Shown one piece after another: positions 48,534-59,253 of a DNA stretch of 64,000 nucleotides. How positions within the stretch are numbered: the stretch's first letter is position 1; each line of letters begins with the position of its first letter. Below the pieces are notes generated by a model. That model was not told where the DNA came from, made no database searches, and was given only the letters and a program-made list of their open reading frames with translations. This DNA comes from an uncultured Nitrospiraceae bacterium (GTDB lineage: Bacteria > Nitrospirota > Nitrospiria > Nitrospirales > Nitrospiraceae): NCBI GenBank assembly GCA_963706325.1, contig CAVPLT010000001.1:896001-960000 (forward strand). The letters are read 5' to 3'. A program made the position numbers and the translations under genes.

Positions 48534-49937
48534 CTAGTCCTTCCCTCGCATATCGAAATTGAAGACCGGCGCGTCGTTCCCGAAACGCTTCTTTCGGAGT
48601 TCTTCCATTAACTCCACGGTGACGAGCGCGATTCCATTTTCACGTGCGTGGCGTTCCACGCCTTTCTTGACCATGGCGCGAAGGAAGTAGGGGATTCGGC
48701 TGAGTCTGAGATCGGACGCCTCGTCCCATGCAATATCGGTTTCTTCCGGCGTGTTGAAAGCGACCTTGATCTTTTCGCCACCCTTGGGGGTGTACAGGCA
48801 CCATTGGTCTTCGTCAAGCCAGTCGCCATGATCCACGTAGGGTCGGGCCCGACACCCACCGCAGATATCCGTATATTCGCAATCGCCGCACTTGCCCTTG
48901 AGTTGCGGGTAGCGAAACGAATTGAAGACATCCGACTTTTCCCAGAGATCGACAAAGCTTGTCTCGCGGACATTGCCGGCTGATAGCGGCATATAGGGGC
49001 AGGGCGTCAGTTCGCCGTTCGGCGTAACCCGGGCATAGTTCGTCCCTGCCAGGCAACCGCCGCCCATGTAGCCGGTCGCTTTAGTCAACGGTGAATTGGG
49101 ATCCTTTTCGTACGCCAGCCGTTTGAAGTGCGGAGCGCAGCGGGCCCGTACTAACATGTCCTTATATTGATCCTGGCAATCCACCAGGTAGCCCAGAACC
49201 TCTTCATACTGTTGGGGTGTGATGTCGGTCAGTTCCTCTCCCCGTCCGGTGCACACCATGAAAAACACATTGAGCACCCGCGCGCCTAATGTATGAGCCC
49301 ACTCGACGACCGCTGGCAGTTCCTGGTAGTTCATCGGCTGGGCGCTGAAATGCACCTGGAATTGGAGCCCGTTGCGTTTGCAGGCTTCGATGCCGGCCAA
49401 TGCGCTGGCAAAGGCGCCGGGGACACCGCGAAACTTGTCGTGCTTGTCCGGATCAAGCGAATCGATGCTGATGCCCATGCCCATCACGCCGATTTCGACC
49501 AGCATTTTGGCCATGCGGTCATTGATCAACATGCCATTGGTGCCGAACACGACGATGAATCCAAGCTTCACGGCATGACGGGCAATGTCCAGGATGTCAG
49601 GGCGCACAAGCGGCTCGCCGCCGGTGATGACAAGCAGACAGCCTTTGTTCACTTCGGCGATTTGCTCGATGAGGCGGAAGCATTCTTCCGTGCTGAGCTC
49701 ATCCGACCCACCGCCGGCTTTCGTGGTGGCATCGAGATAGCAATGGTCGCACTTGAGGTTGCACCGTTTGGTGAGGTTCAGCGCAACAAGATAAGGTTTA
49801 AAGTCATCGACGGTGCGTCCATCGTTCGGCGCGGGCGACAGGGATCCCGGGGACATGAACTTGGAGATCTGTTGCTGGAGCGAATCCAGCTTCTCTCCAA
49901 TAAGCGGGAAATTAAGGACCGGCAATGACTTCCCCAT
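48534..49937 (-). CDS. radical SAM/SPASM protein (NirJ/Ahb-like) with C-terminal PCP_red-like domain
   Basis: CNLKCDHC, GGEP, SPASM CxxCxxxxxCxGGC; tail WDEASDLRLSRIPYFLR. Confidence 0.85.
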   Translation of the reverse strand: MGKSLPVLNFPLIGEKLDSLQQQISKFMSPGSLSPAPNDGRTVDDFKPYLVALNLTKRCNLKCDHCYLDATTKAGGGSDELSTEECFRLIEQIAEVNKGCLLVITGGEPLVRPDILDIARHAVKLGFIVVFGTNGMLINDRMAKMLVEIGVMGMGISIDSLDPDKHDKFRGVPGAFASALAGIEACKRNGLQFQVHFSAQPMNYQELPAVVEWAHTLGARVLNVFFMVCTGRGEELTDITPQQYEEVLGYLVDCQDQYKDMLVRARCAPHFKRLAYEKDPNSPLTKATGYMGGGCLAGTNYARVTPNGELTPCPYMPLSAGNVRETSFVDLWEKSDVFNSFRYPQLKGKCGDCEYTDICGGCRARPYVDHGDWLDEDQWCLYTPKGGEKIKVAFNTPEETDIAWDEASDLRLSRIPYFLRAMVKKGVERHARENGIALVTVELMEELRKKRFGNDAPVFNFDMRGKD

Positions 49938-52048
49938 TAGTGGCTCGCCCCGGCCTTGCTGGGTGAACCGGTCAGGTTGGCAATCATGTCTTTCAGATTG
50001 CCGGTCTTCATCGCATCGGCCATGTAGCCCTTGGCCTGCTCAATCCCCTCGGTCGCCACTTCCAACGTAATGACGGTGGTGCCGATCTTGTCCGCGTGTT
50101 TTTCAATCAGGGCCTTGGTGCACTCCCGCATAAACCCTTCCGGCGCCCGATCCAATCGAGCTTGGGCGTCCGGAGTCCAGGTATAGGGCGACACAGTTTC
50201 CTGAGGTGCCTGCCCCGGTTCGACTCCGGGGCCGTTCGGTGCGGGGACTTCGCTCCCGTTCGCTTCGGTTCCGGCAGCGGTCGGTTGAGGAGTTGTCCCC
50301 GTCCCCTTATTCGCAAAGATAGGGGTGTAATCTTCGGATGCCGCTTCTTTGATCATGGGGCCGGCATATTCGAGCGTAATCGTAGTCATGCCGAGTTTGC
50401 GTGCGCTCTTTTCAATCTTGGCCTTAGCGCGCCGACGTTGAAATCCCGCCGGTACGGAGCGAATGGCTTCCTTCGCGTCCTTCGTCCACTGCATGGGCAC
50501 GTCATCATAAGCCAAGTCGGTCTCGAGACCTCCCTCAGCTTTGGCCGCGGCCTCGAAGATGGTTTTATCGACTTGTTTGAATCGGGTGCCCTCGGCGCTG
50601 CACACCGGGCATTTCACGGGGGTATCGCCCTTTCCGATATAGCCGCACCCGTCGCAGACAAAGTAGTTCTGGCTCATGCGATCCAGGTACGCCTGGGTTC
50701 CTGGGCTATTGATCGGCTTTTCCTCGACGACTTGTGTCATCATGTTGCTGAGCGTGGACCCCATGAGGTCTTTGGCTACATCTTCGTCTGCTTGCATCTT
50801 GTTGCGATCAATGCCGGCGGCATCCAGGTTCCCACCCAATGCCCGCATGGCATCCATAGCCCCCTTCGGGAGGATGTGTCCGACTGCGGCATCGACGACC
50901 GTATTGCTGATGATGGTGTGTCCCTTCTCAATTGCGTACCGGTGAATGGCCGTTTTCGCGACGCCCCGCGCGAAGATAGGAATCCGCTCCATACGGTGCA
51001 GGGCCTCTTCCGTCCAGGCGATCGTATACTCCGCCTGCGTGTCGATCGGCGGCACATACTTGCGATTGGACACCAGAATGTTGCATGAAGCCGCCCGTAG
51101 CAGGTTTTCCGTGTTGCTGCCGATATCCATGTCTTCATCGCTGTGGACCCCAATTCGTCCAACGATGAGCAGCCACGGATTTTCTTTTCGCACATATTGA
51201 ATAATTTTTTCGAAGGCCTTTCCATCCAGCAGCGTCGTTTTCACGTCGGTCTGCTCGGCTTGGGCGATTTCACGTGAAATATCCAAGTGCGATTGGTAGA
51301 TCTTCGCCAGACCGCTGTCGATGACTTCTTCGTGCAGTTTTTCCTGTTCTTTGAAACGGAAGACCTTGCCGGCCTCTTCGTTAAGGACGCCGGAAATACT
51401 GTGAAATGCCGCATAATGGAAATAGGGATCGAAGGCGGAAATGGCTTCCACCGGCACGTTGAAGGCCTTGCCGAGCGCCAGACCCGTCATGAGCCCGCCG
51501 AAAGAGTAGGGGCTCCCATCCACAGCGACGACGATCTTACCGCTGCCCACCGGAGTCGGCTGTTTGATGATCAGCATGTCGGAATTGCGCACGCGCCGCA
51601 GGACCCGCTCCGTGTTGCTGCCGATCACACTATCTTTAACGGCTCCGACGCCCAAGGCCCCCATGATGACGAGATCGTAGGCGTTGGTATTGATGTCCTC
51701 GGCCAGCACTTTCCAATTGCGTCCTTCCAGGGAGCGACGCTCTACCGGAAGATTCGCCTCGGTACATTTCTTATCGACGTAATCAAGGTATGAATCTGTA
51801 ATGATCTGGAGCCCGCGGGTAATGAGTGAGTCGTGGATCTGGCGCTGCCGGTCAAGTTCCTTCTCGTCATGATATTCCTCGGGAAGGCCGGCTTCCATCT
51901 GCTTAAATCGTTTGTCGTGCATCTTGGCCGCATAGACGTGGCTGCCGACGATCTTGGAACCATAGGTCTTCGCCAACTCGACGCCGACATCAACGGCTGT
52001 ATTGGAATGGTCGGAATTATCGACCGGGATATAGATGGTCTTGTACAT
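49937..52048 (-). CDS. universal stress protein with rubredoxin-like and PCP_red-like domains
   Basis: Two USP domains (IPVDNS/VAVDGS, GSNTE), CDGCGY...CPVC, three W-T-x-E/D-A...P-x-F repeats; AGGAGG RBS. Confidence 0.85.
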   Translation of the reverse strand: MYKTIYIPVDNSDHSNTAVDVGVELAKTYGSKIVGSHVYAAKMHDKRFKQMEAGLPEEYHDEKELDRQRQIHDSLITRGLQIITDSYLDYVDKKCTEANLPVERRSLEGRNWKVLAEDINTNAYDLVIMGALGVGAVKDSVIGSNTERVLRRVRNSDMLIIKQPTPVGSGKIVVAVDGSPYSFGGLMTGLALGKAFNVPVEAISAFDPYFHYAAFHSISGVLNEEAGKVFRFKEQEKLHEEVIDSGLAKIYQSHLDISREIAQAEQTDVKTTLLDGKAFEKIIQYVRKENPWLLIVGRIGVHSDEDMDIGSNTENLLRAASCNILVSNRKYVPPIDTQAEYTIAWTEEALHRMERIPIFARGVAKTAIHRYAIEKGHTIISNTVVDAAVGHILPKGAMDAMRALGGNLDAAGIDRNKMQADEDVAKDLMGSTLSNMMTQVVEEKPINSPGTQAYLDRMSQNYFVCDGCGYIGKGDTPVKCPVCSAEGTRFKQVDKTIFEAAAKAEGGLETDLAYDDVPMQWTKDAKEAIRSVPAGFQRRRAKAKIEKSARKLGMTTITLEYAGPMIKEAASEDYTPIFANKGTGTTPQPTAAGTEANGSEVPAPNGPGVEPGQAPQETVSPYTWTPDAQARLDRAPEGFMRECTKALIEKHADKIGTTVITLEVATEGIEQAKGYMADAMKTGNLKDMIANLTGSPSKAGASH

Positions 52049-52149
52049 TGACAACGCCTCCTAGGCAAACACTCTTACAAGGGGGTCAGATCAGAGAACC
52101 GCCAAGAATTCAAACGGTTGAATGGGACGTTAACCCCAAAAGAAACGGC

Positions 52150-52179
52150 ATGATAGCACCGGGCTCTCGGGTAAAGCAA
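52150..52179 (-). promoter_or_regulatory. sigma70-type promoter
   Basis: Minus strand TTGCTT-18 nt-(TGc)TATCAT upstream of the USP operon. Confidence 0.45.
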
Positions 52180-52215
52180 GCAAACCGGAGGTGAGCAAGG
52201 GGCTGTGAATATCGT

Positions 52216-53859
52216 CTAACTGATTGTACTCGCAGCTGTCTTTTCCGTGGTGGCGGCAGGAGGATGAGCAGGCCGACGCGACCGGATAATGTCCTCTAAA
52301 TTCAGCAGGGCCTCCCGTCCGGAATTGTGTTCGATGCCTCGAATCAGATTCGCATCGGCATAATGGGCGGTATCGGGTGCCGAGTCAAGCGCAGGTCTCT
52401 GAGAGAGTGAGCCGGTCCAAGCGCGCGGGTCGCGGCTGCCTTGTTTCTGTTCCCAGGCGGCGAGGCAAGCCTTGGCGATGATCTTATTGAGAGGCGCTGG
52501 GTTATAGAGAAGTTTGCGGATGCTCGTCGGCGTGAGCATGAGAGGGTTATACCCCGCCGAGAGGTAGCCTTCTTCCAGCAACCGGTGTTCCAGGTCTGTA
52601 TTGGGTTGGATGCCCAGGAAGAACATCAAGGGGAATACCCGCTCTTCACCCAAGATGGCAGCGACTTTCTTGTAGGACTCGACACTCTGGAGCAGGCTTT
52701 CTTCCGTCTCCTTCGGGGAGTTCAGTGAGTAATTGAGGATCACCTTGCCCTTGAAACCAGCTTCGGCCAGATAACGGCATCCGTCGTAGAGCCGTTCGAG
52801 TTTGAAGCCCATGTGCAGGTTATTCAGCACCTCTTGCGAGCCGGATGTGATGGCGACTTCCAAATCACCGACGCCTGATCGCACCATTAGCTTGGCGAGA
52901 TCCGGAGTGATCAATGAGGTGCGGATGTAGCCTGACCACTCAATCTCCAGTTTTTCACTCAAAATCCGTTCGAGGATCTCAGTACACTGCGGATAGGCTT
53001 CCTTGCCGGTAATGAACTGAGCATCGGTAAACCAGAACCGTCGGGCGCCCCATTGGTGGTAATGCTGCGAAATGTCCTTCACGACCATTTCCGGGGGGCG
53101 GTACCGCACTCGTTTGCCTTCGATATAGGGATAGAGGCAGAAGGCGCAATCATAGGGGCAGCCGCGTTTAGTTTGAACGCCGATGGATTCATCCATATAC
53201 GAAGCGTGTTGAGGGAAAATGGATGTCAGGTAAGGAAGATCGACTGTGAGGGCGTCCAGGAGCGCCGGTGAGCCTTGCTTACCCTTGCGAGTCTGCTTCC
53301 CCTCGCGAATGATGTAGCGTTCGTTTTCAAGCGATTCGCCGTTGATCACTTTGAGAATTGCGTCCTCCCCCTCGCCCAGAATTCCGATGGTCCCTTCAGG
53401 CAATTTCTCGATCAGCTGATCGGCAAAGGCCGTAAACGCTCCGCCGCCGATCATGATCTGGCTCTGGGGAAATTCCTTGCGGATCAACCAGGGATACGAC
53501 AGGTTTGCGCGAATGTGGCTGTAGTAGCGATAGAGCTGCTTCAGGCCGGCGAATGAGGCCATCACGCGCTTCATGGGATTGCCGGCGAAATAGAAATTGA
53601 ACGCATGCTCCAGCGAAGCATCGCCTTCGTGGGGAGAGAAAATCTGAATGTCCCGCCAGGAAAAGCAAACGAGATCCGGCTTAAAGTCGAGCGCGGCATC
53701 GCGAATCGCCTGGGTGCGCTGCGATTCAGGAAACAACGACAGGTCGAGGATGCGTTGCCTGACCTCCGGCTTCCGGCGATGAATGAAATCCGCCAGATAG
53801 GTCACACCTATCGGGTAGACCTTCTTGCAGGGGAGGAAGATGTAAAGAATCGATTCCAT
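52216..53859 (-). CDS. cobalamin-binding radical SAM protein
   Basis: N-terminal B12-binding-like region (YPIGVTYLAD, IGGGAFT), KRGCPYDCAFC cluster motif. Confidence 0.85.
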   Translation of the reverse strand: MESILYIFLPCKKVYPIGVTYLADFIHRRKPEVRQRILDLSLFPESQRTQAIRDAALDFKPDLVCFSWRDIQIFSPHEGDASLEHAFNFYFAGNPMKRVMASFAGLKQLYRYYSHIRANLSYPWLIRKEFPQSQIMIGGGAFTAFADQLIEKLPEGTIGILGEGEDAILKVINGESLENERYIIREGKQTRKGKQGSPALLDALTVDLPYLTSIFPQHASYMDESIGVQTKRGCPYDCAFCLYPYIEGKRVRYRPPEMVVKDISQHYHQWGARRFWFTDAQFITGKEAYPQCTEILERILSEKLEIEWSGYIRTSLITPDLAKLMVRSGVGDLEVAITSGSQEVLNNLHMGFKLERLYDGCRYLAEAGFKGKVILNYSLNSPKETEESLLQSVESYKKVAAILGEERVFPLMFFLGIQPNTDLEHRLLEEGYLSAGYNPLMLTPTSIRKLLYNPAPLNKIIAKACLAAWEQKQGSRDPRAWTGSLSQRPALDSAPDTAHYADANLIRGIEHNSGREALLNLEDIIRSRRPAHPPAATTEKTAASTIS

Positions 53860-53946
53860 ATCGGAGCTGGTTGCTAATAGCCGATGACTGATACCTGAAA
53901 AAAGATTAATCCCCGCTGTCTGCTGCCATTCGTCATGTGGTTTTTG

Positions 53947-54729
53947 CTATTTGGTCGCCACGTGGATCGCGACGATGCCGCCGGTGAGGTTCCGGTGTTG
54001 CACCTGGCTGAACCCTGCCTCCCGCAGCAGCGCTGTGAGCCGCTCCTGATCGGGAAAGGTGCGAATCGAGGCTGGCAGGTATTCGTATACACCCGTGCGG
54101 TCGCGGGCAACCTTGGTGCCGACCCAGGGGAGCAGGCGGAACGAATACCAATCATAGAGCATGCGCAGCCAGCCGTAGGCCGGTCGTGAAAATTCCAAGC
54201 AGACAAACCGGCCGCCCGGTCGCAACACGCGACGGATTTCCATGAAGGCCTGCATCAGGTTGCCCACGTTTCGCATGCAGAACCCCGTCGTCACGGCATG
54301 GAAGGTCCCATCGGGAAATCCCAGCTGTTCGGCATTGGCCTGGAGGCAGGTCACCCGCTTGCGGAGCCCGCGTCCTGTCACCTTTCTCAGGCCTTCCGCC
54401 AACATGGCATGGTTCAAATCGGAGGCGACGACATGACCCTGCTCGCCCATCTTCGGTTCAATTAACAGCGCGAGATCTGCCGTTCCAGCGCCGATGTCGA
54501 GGGCTCGCCCGTTGGTGACCGTGGGCACATACGACGCGGTGAGGCGTTTCCAATGGTGATGGAGCCCAAAGCTGAGTAGCGTATTGTTAAGGTCATAGAC
54601 GCCGGCGATCGCGGTGAACATCCGCTGGACGGCCTGCTCACGTGCCTGCCCCGACCAGGTCGAGACGGCTTGCGGCTGCGGTGACAGCGGATCTGTCTCA
54701 TGCGTGGCCGGTTCTTGGATCTTCACCAT
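53947..54729 (-). CDS. ubiE: UbiE/MenG-family quinone methyltransferase
   Basis: [50 protein letters not shown]; start at ATG 54729. Confidence 0.9.
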   Translation of the reverse strand: MVKIQEPATHETDPLSPQPQAVSTWSGQAREQAVQRMFTAIAGVYDLNNTLLSFGLHHHWKRLTASYVPTVTNGRALDIGAGTADLALLIEPKMGEQGHVVASDLNHAMLAEGLRKVTGRGLRKRVTCLQANAEQLGFPDGTFHAVTTGFCMRNVGNLMQAFMEIRRVLRPGGRFVCLEFSRPAYGWLRMLYDWYSFRLLPWVGTKVARDRTGVYEYLPASIRTFPDQERLTALLREAGFSQVQHRNLTGGIVAIHVATK

Positions 54730-54735
54730 ACGAGC

Positions 54736-54789
54736 GTGGTAGCACCAGCTTTCAAGCTTTGTCAAGCGAGTCAGTTCAGGTGGTATAAT
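54736..54789. promoter_or_regulatory. overlapping divergent sigma70 promoters (ubiE/uvrA)
   Basis: Plus: TTGTCA-19-(TGg)TATAAT 9 nt before the uvrA ATG; minus: TTGACA-18-(TGc)TACCAC 6 nt before the ubiE ATG. Confidence 0.55.
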
Positions 54790-54798
54790 CCGCCTCTT

Positions 54799-57306
54799 AT
54801 GAATAATTCGATCATCATCAAAGGGGCGCGTGAACACAATCTGAAGAATCTCGACGTCGAGATTCCCCGGGACAAGCTGGTCGTGATGACCGGTCTGAGC
54901 GGGTCGGGGAAATCCTCGCTCGCCTTCGATACGATTTATGCGGAAGGTCAGCGACGATACGTCGAATCCCTGTCTGCCTATGCCCGGCAGTTCCTCGAAC
55001 AGATGGGGAAGCCGGACGTTGATTCGATCGAAGGATTGTCGCCCGCCATCTCCATCGAGCAGAAAAGCACCAGCCACAACCCCCGTTCCACGGTCGGGAC
55101 CGTTACCGAGATCTACGACTATCTGCGGCTGCTGTACGCCCGCGTCGGTCACCCATTCTGCTTCCAATGCGGGCAGGAAATTACCGCGCAGACCGTGCAG
55201 CAGATGGTGGATGCGATCTGCGAATTGCCGGAGGGCTCAAAATTCCAAATCCTGTCGCCGATCGTGCGGGGGCGAAAAGGAGAATATCGAAAAGAATTGC
55301 TGGAGATGCGGAAGGCCGGCTACGTGCGGGCGCGAATCGACGGGGAATTGGTCGATCTCGATGAGGATGTGATTCTCGACAAGCAGAAGAAACACAACAT
55401 CGAGATCGTCGTTGATCGGTTGGTCATGAAGCCTGGTGATGCGCTGATGAGACGGGTGGCCGACTCCGTCGAAACGTCTGTGAAGCTCGCCGGCGGGTTG
55501 GTCGGCGTGTTATCGGAAACAGGCAAGATCCATCTCTATAGCGAGAAGTTGGCCTGCATCAAATGCGGCGTGAGTTATCCAGAGATCACCCCCCGGATCT
55601 TTTCCTTTAACAGTCCTCATGGGGCCTGTCCGGCCTGCGACGGAATCGGCTACGCCATGACGCCGGGGGCTTCGGAAGAGGAAGACTTTACGTTGTTGGA
55701 ACGCTGCGAGATCTGCCAGGGGGCGCGGCTCAAACCGGAAAGTCTGGCTGTCAAGATCGCCAAGAAATCGATTGCCGAAGTGACGCGACTATCCGTGCGG
55801 GCAGCGGCGGACTTTTTTTCGACGCTCAAGTTCACCGAGCGCGAACTCGTCATCGCCCATCGCATCCTGAAAGAGATTCGCGAGCGGCTAGGGTTTTTGG
55901 TCAACGTCGGATTGGATTATCTGACATTGGATCGTCCGGCGGCGACGCTGTCCGGCGGAGAGGGCCAGCGTATTCGTTTGGCTACCCAGATCGGCTCGGG
56001 GCTGGTCGGTGTGCTGTATATCTTGGATGAACCGTCTATCGGCCTCCATCAACGGGACAACCGTCGGCTGCTCACCACATTGCTCCGCCTGCGTGATCTG
56101 GGCAACACGGTGATTGTGGTGGAACACGATGCGGAGACCATGCAAGCGGCCGACTACATTTTGGACCTGGGGCCGGGCGCCGGCACGCACGGCGGCAGGA
56201 TCATCGCGCAGGGGACGCCCAAGCAGGTTATGGCGAATCCCGATTCACTCACTGGGAAATATTTGCGCGGTGAGCAAATGGTCTCGCTTCCTCAGCGGGC
56301 CCGCAAAGCCAAAGGGGCTTTGACCGTCGTGGGCGCGAAAAAGCACAACCTCAAAGGCGTGACCGTCAATATTCCCTTAGGCCTGTTAACCTGTGTGACC
56401 GGCGTCTCCGGATCCGGCAAGAGCACCCTCGTGCTCGAGGTCCTGTTCCACTCGCTCTCTCAGCTGCTCTATCAGAAGAAGCCAAAAATCGATGGGTGTA
56501 AAGAGCTCAAGGGCGACGACGCGCTGGATAAAATCATTGATATAGACCAGTCGCCGATCGGGCGCACGCCGCGGTCGAATCCAGCCACCTACACCGGTCT
56601 CTTCACGTTCATCCGCGATTTGTTTTCCAATTTGCCGGAGTCCCGCGTGCGCGGGTACAAGCCTGGCCGCTACAGCTTCAATGTGAAAGGCGGGCGTTGC
56701 GAAGCCTGTCAGGGCGACGGCCTCATCAAGATCGAGATGCATTTTCTCCCCGACGTGTATGTGACCTGCGAAGTCTGCAAAGGCCAGCGCTATAACCGCG
56801 AGACACTAGAGATTCAATATAAGGGTCGCAGCATCGCCGACATCCTTAATATGACAGTCGACGATGCTTTAGAATTCTTTGAGAACATTCCCTACATCAA
56901 GACGAAGCTGCAGACACTTCACGATGTCGGATTGCATTACGTCAAGCTGGGGCAGTCTGCGACGACCCTGTCTGGCGGCGAGGCACAACGCGTGAAGCTC
57001 TCCCGTGAACTCTCAAAACGTCCCACCGGTCGAACGATGTATATTTTGGATGAACCTACCACCGGGCTGCACTTCGCGGATATTCAGCGATTGCTGGATG
57101 TACTCAACCGTTTGGTCGAGACCGGCAATACCGTTCTCGTGATCGAACACAACCTCGATATGATCCGCAACGCCGATTGGATCATCGACCTGGGACCCGA
57201 AGGCGGGGATCGAGGAGGCGAAATTGTGGCCGAAGGCCCGCCGAAAGAAATTGCCAAGGTGAAACGGTCCTATACGGGGCAGGTGCTGAAAGAAGCGGGG
57301 GTGTAG
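54799..57306 (+). CDS. uvrA: excinuclease ABC subunit A
   Basis: [18 protein letters not shown], two LSGGE signatures, GVSGSGKST, zinc-finger Cys pairs. Confidence 0.97.
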   Translation: MNNSIIIKGAREHNLKNLDVEIPRDKLVVMTGLSGSGKSSLAFDTIYAEGQRRYVESLSAYARQFLEQMGKPDVDSIEGLSPAISIEQKSTSHNPRSTVGTVTEIYDYLRLLYARVGHPFCFQCGQEITAQTVQQMVDAICELPEGSKFQILSPIVRGRKGEYRKELLEMRKAGYVRARIDGELVDLDEDVILDKQKKHNIEIVVDRLVMKPGDALMRRVADSVETSVKLAGGLVGVLSETGKIHLYSEKLACIKCGVSYPEITPRIFSFNSPHGACPACDGIGYAMTPGASEEEDFTLLERCEICQGARLKPESLAVKIAKKSIAEVTRLSVRAAADFFSTLKFTERELVIAHRILKEIRERLGFLVNVGLDYLTLDRPAATLSGGEGQRIRLATQIGSGLVGVLYILDEPSIGLHQRDNRRLLTTLLRLRDLGNTVIVVEHDAETMQAADYILDLGPGAGTHGGRIIAQGTPKQVMANPDSLTGKYLRGEQMVSLPQRARKAKGALTVVGAKKHNLKGVTVNIPLGLLTCVTGVSGSGKSTLVLEVLFHSLSQLLYQKKPKIDGCKELKGDDALDKIIDIDQSPIGRTPRSNPATYTGLFTFIRDLFSNLPESRVRGYKPGRYSFNVKGGRCEACQGDGLIKIEMHFLPDVYVTCEVCKGQRYNRETLEIQYKGRSIADILNMTVDDALEFFENIPYIKTKLQTLHDVGLHYVKLGQSATTLSGGEAQRVKLSRELSKRPTGRTMYILDEPTTGLHFADIQRLLDVLNRLVETGNTVLVIEHNLDMIRNADWIIDLGPEGGDRGGEIVAEGPPKEIAKVKRSYTGQVLKEAGV

Positions 57307-57468
57307 CGGGCTGGCCGGTCGTCCTTCGAGGGCACGGCCGGCTCACCACTCGCCGGCGTGCGCAAACGTGACGCTCCTTACTCGTCGCGTCGCGCACCTC
57401 GCGCCACGCGCCGCCTCAGAAGACCCTCGTTGGACGCGCGCAGTGAAGGACGATCCAGCCAATCCGCT
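57305..57468. repeat. intergenic element with imperfect terminal inverted repeats
   Basis: AGCGGGCTGGCCGGTCGTCCTTC ... GAAGGACGATCCAGCCAATCCGCT, starting at the uvrA stop codon. Confidence 0.55.
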
Positions 57469-58086
57469 TTGAGGTTGGTAAGGAATAAGTATGGGCGCGA
57501 ATGCAGGTAGTATGCAGCCGGTCGTCATCATGCGTGGAACTGAGGCTGGGGCCTTTTCATTTCTCATGACTGGGTTCTTCTCTCAAAAATAATTAAGGGC
57601 GGAAGCCGCGGCGGGACGGTGTCATTCGACTCTCATCGTTTCGTTTCCTACCTGTCATCCAGCGCAATACCCCATCTTTCAAGTGGCCTGACATTTCGCA
57701 GAGGCTGTGTGATTGATTCTGGACTCAACTGAACATTGCTATGTTAAAGGCAAACTCGCAGCAAGAGATAATCTCCATAATCGGGCAACAATTTTTCACG
57801 CCAATTGCCCTACGAATGCGATCGGGCGCAGCTCAAGACGATTCTGTACGTCATCACCCTCATCATTTTTTACAGAGTCCTGCCGGGTGCTTGTTCTGTC
57901 GGTAGCCATGCGTTCTGACCCAGTTCCCACTGCCCGTCTCCAGCCTTCATTATCTCGCTAGGTCTTTCTTCGCGCTTCCCCAGGGTAATCACTAGGCCCG
58001 TCTCGTGCTTTCATCGGTTACAAAGTGAACTGACAGGCGAATCAAGAGTTTTAGGTTTCGCAGGGAGACAAGAAAAGGAGGCATTT

Positions 58087-58515
58087 ATGAAGGCATCACC
58101 ATCGGTTGGAAATCTGGGATTGGGCCTATGCATCGTAGCAGCCGGCTTATTGCTCGGGGGTTGTAATACGACAAAAGCCACGGTCGATACGACCGTCAAT
58201 TTCTTCTCCAGTACGACCCCGAATGAGCTCTTTTCTGCCGACGGCATGGTGTTGAAAGAACAGAGAATCAATCTATTCGCCGGAGTGACGTATGAGAATC
58301 TGCGGCAAGAAGCTGCGGCCGGTGGCGGACAATATGTGACTGCCTTGGCCTCTCTCTACGAAATCCCGGTGGCCAAACAGGACGACTTTAGTGTCGTCTT
58401 GCAGCGGAAACACGCGGACTTGTTCGCAGCAGGCTTGGACGAGGATCGCACGGCGCATCTCAAAATGGTCAGTGCATTGAATCGAGAATTGACGGCGGCG
58501 GCGTTACTGCCCTAA
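58087..58515 (+). CDS. lipoprotein, DUF3015-like
   Basis: Lipobox LGGC, NLRQEAAAGGGQYVTALASL motif; AAGGAGG RBS. Confidence 0.75.
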   Translation: MKASPSVGNLGLGLCIVAAGLLLGGCNTTKATVDTTVNFFSSTTPNELFSADGMVLKEQRINLFAGVTYENLRQEAAAGGGQYVTALASLYEIPVAKQDDFSVVLQRKHADLFAAGLDEDRTAHLKMVSALNRELTAAALLP

Positions 58516-58537
58516 GCCGTTTTAGGGGGAGGGCTTT

Positions 58538-58630
58538 ATGGGAACGATGGGCAAGGGATTCATGCTGTGGGTGCTCGGGGTTCCGGCAAGCCTCCTTCTG
58601 TTGCTGTGGTTTCTTGGAATTTTAAAATAA
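58538..58630 (+). CDS. 30-aa membrane protein
   Basis: MGTMGKGFMLWVLGVPASLLLLLWFLGILK; GGAGGG RBS; below the ORF cutoff. Confidence 0.6.
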   Translation: MGTMGKGFMLWVLGVPASLLLLLWFLGILK

Positions 58631-58685
58631 TCTCACACCGAAACCGAAGGTCGGCTGAGATAGATGTACATCTGGAGGTGAGAAT

Positions 58686-59069
58686 ATGGCATTACGATAT
58701 CCGCTGATGATGGCTGCGGCTCTCACAATAGCTGGGCTTCCCGCTTATGCCGCCGATTTGGAAACGCAAGTGGTCGATAAAAACTGCTACATTGAGGTCT
58801 TTGAAGATGACAACTTTGATCCCGATGATCCGCATGTCCTACTGCAAGGCCCCAAGGAGTATGCAACGCTGAAGAACTTGGCAGGGAAAGATTGGAGCAA
58901 CGATATTGAAAGCGTGATCGTTGGCTCAAACGCCACCGTGCGCGCCTACGAGGATAAAGATTTCAAAGGCACGGAGCTCGCGTTCGTGCCAGGACAACGA
59001 GTGGCTAATCTGGGAAAGCTGGACATGGCGAACGATATTGAATCGCTCAAAATTTCCTGCGGAAAATAG
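58686..59069 (+). CDS. secreted beta/gamma-crystallin domain protein
   Basis: Signal peptide, VFEDDNF...WSNDIESV, YEDKDFKG...NDIESL Greek-key repeats. Confidence 0.8.
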   Translation: MALRYPLMMAAALTIAGLPAYAADLETQVVDKNCYIEVFEDDNFDPDDPHVLLQGPKEYATLKNLAGKDWSNDIESVIVGSNATVRAYEDKDFKGTELAFVPGQRVANLGKLDMANDIESLKISCGK

Positions 59070-59108
59070 CCGAACGGATGACCGGGTGCACAGCCCGGTG
59101 AATCTCTT

Positions 59109-59138
59109 ACGAGCCTGCCACTTCCGTGGCAGGCTCGT
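59109..59138. terminator. 13-bp hairpin between convergent genes
   Basis: ACGAGCCTGCCAC-ttcc-GTGGCAGGCTCGT. Confidence 0.6.
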
Positions 59139-59253
59139 TATCGTTCAAGTGAGGTCAAATCGATACTCCTCAAGAGTGCCGACGATTTGCCTCGCATAGA
59201 CGGCTCGCCCGCTCGCGCAAACAAAAAGCAAGGGTGTTTCATCGCGGTGCCGG

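Noticed and set aside
54730..55167. N-terminal extension of the 406-aa ubiE ORF
   Set aside because: It is the antisense shadow of uvrA; methyltransferase similarity starts after ATG 54729.
57470..58080. Short ORFs or ncRNA in the uvrA-DUF3015 intergenic region
   Set aside because: No convincing RBS-led ORF or recognisable RNA motif could be supported by eye.
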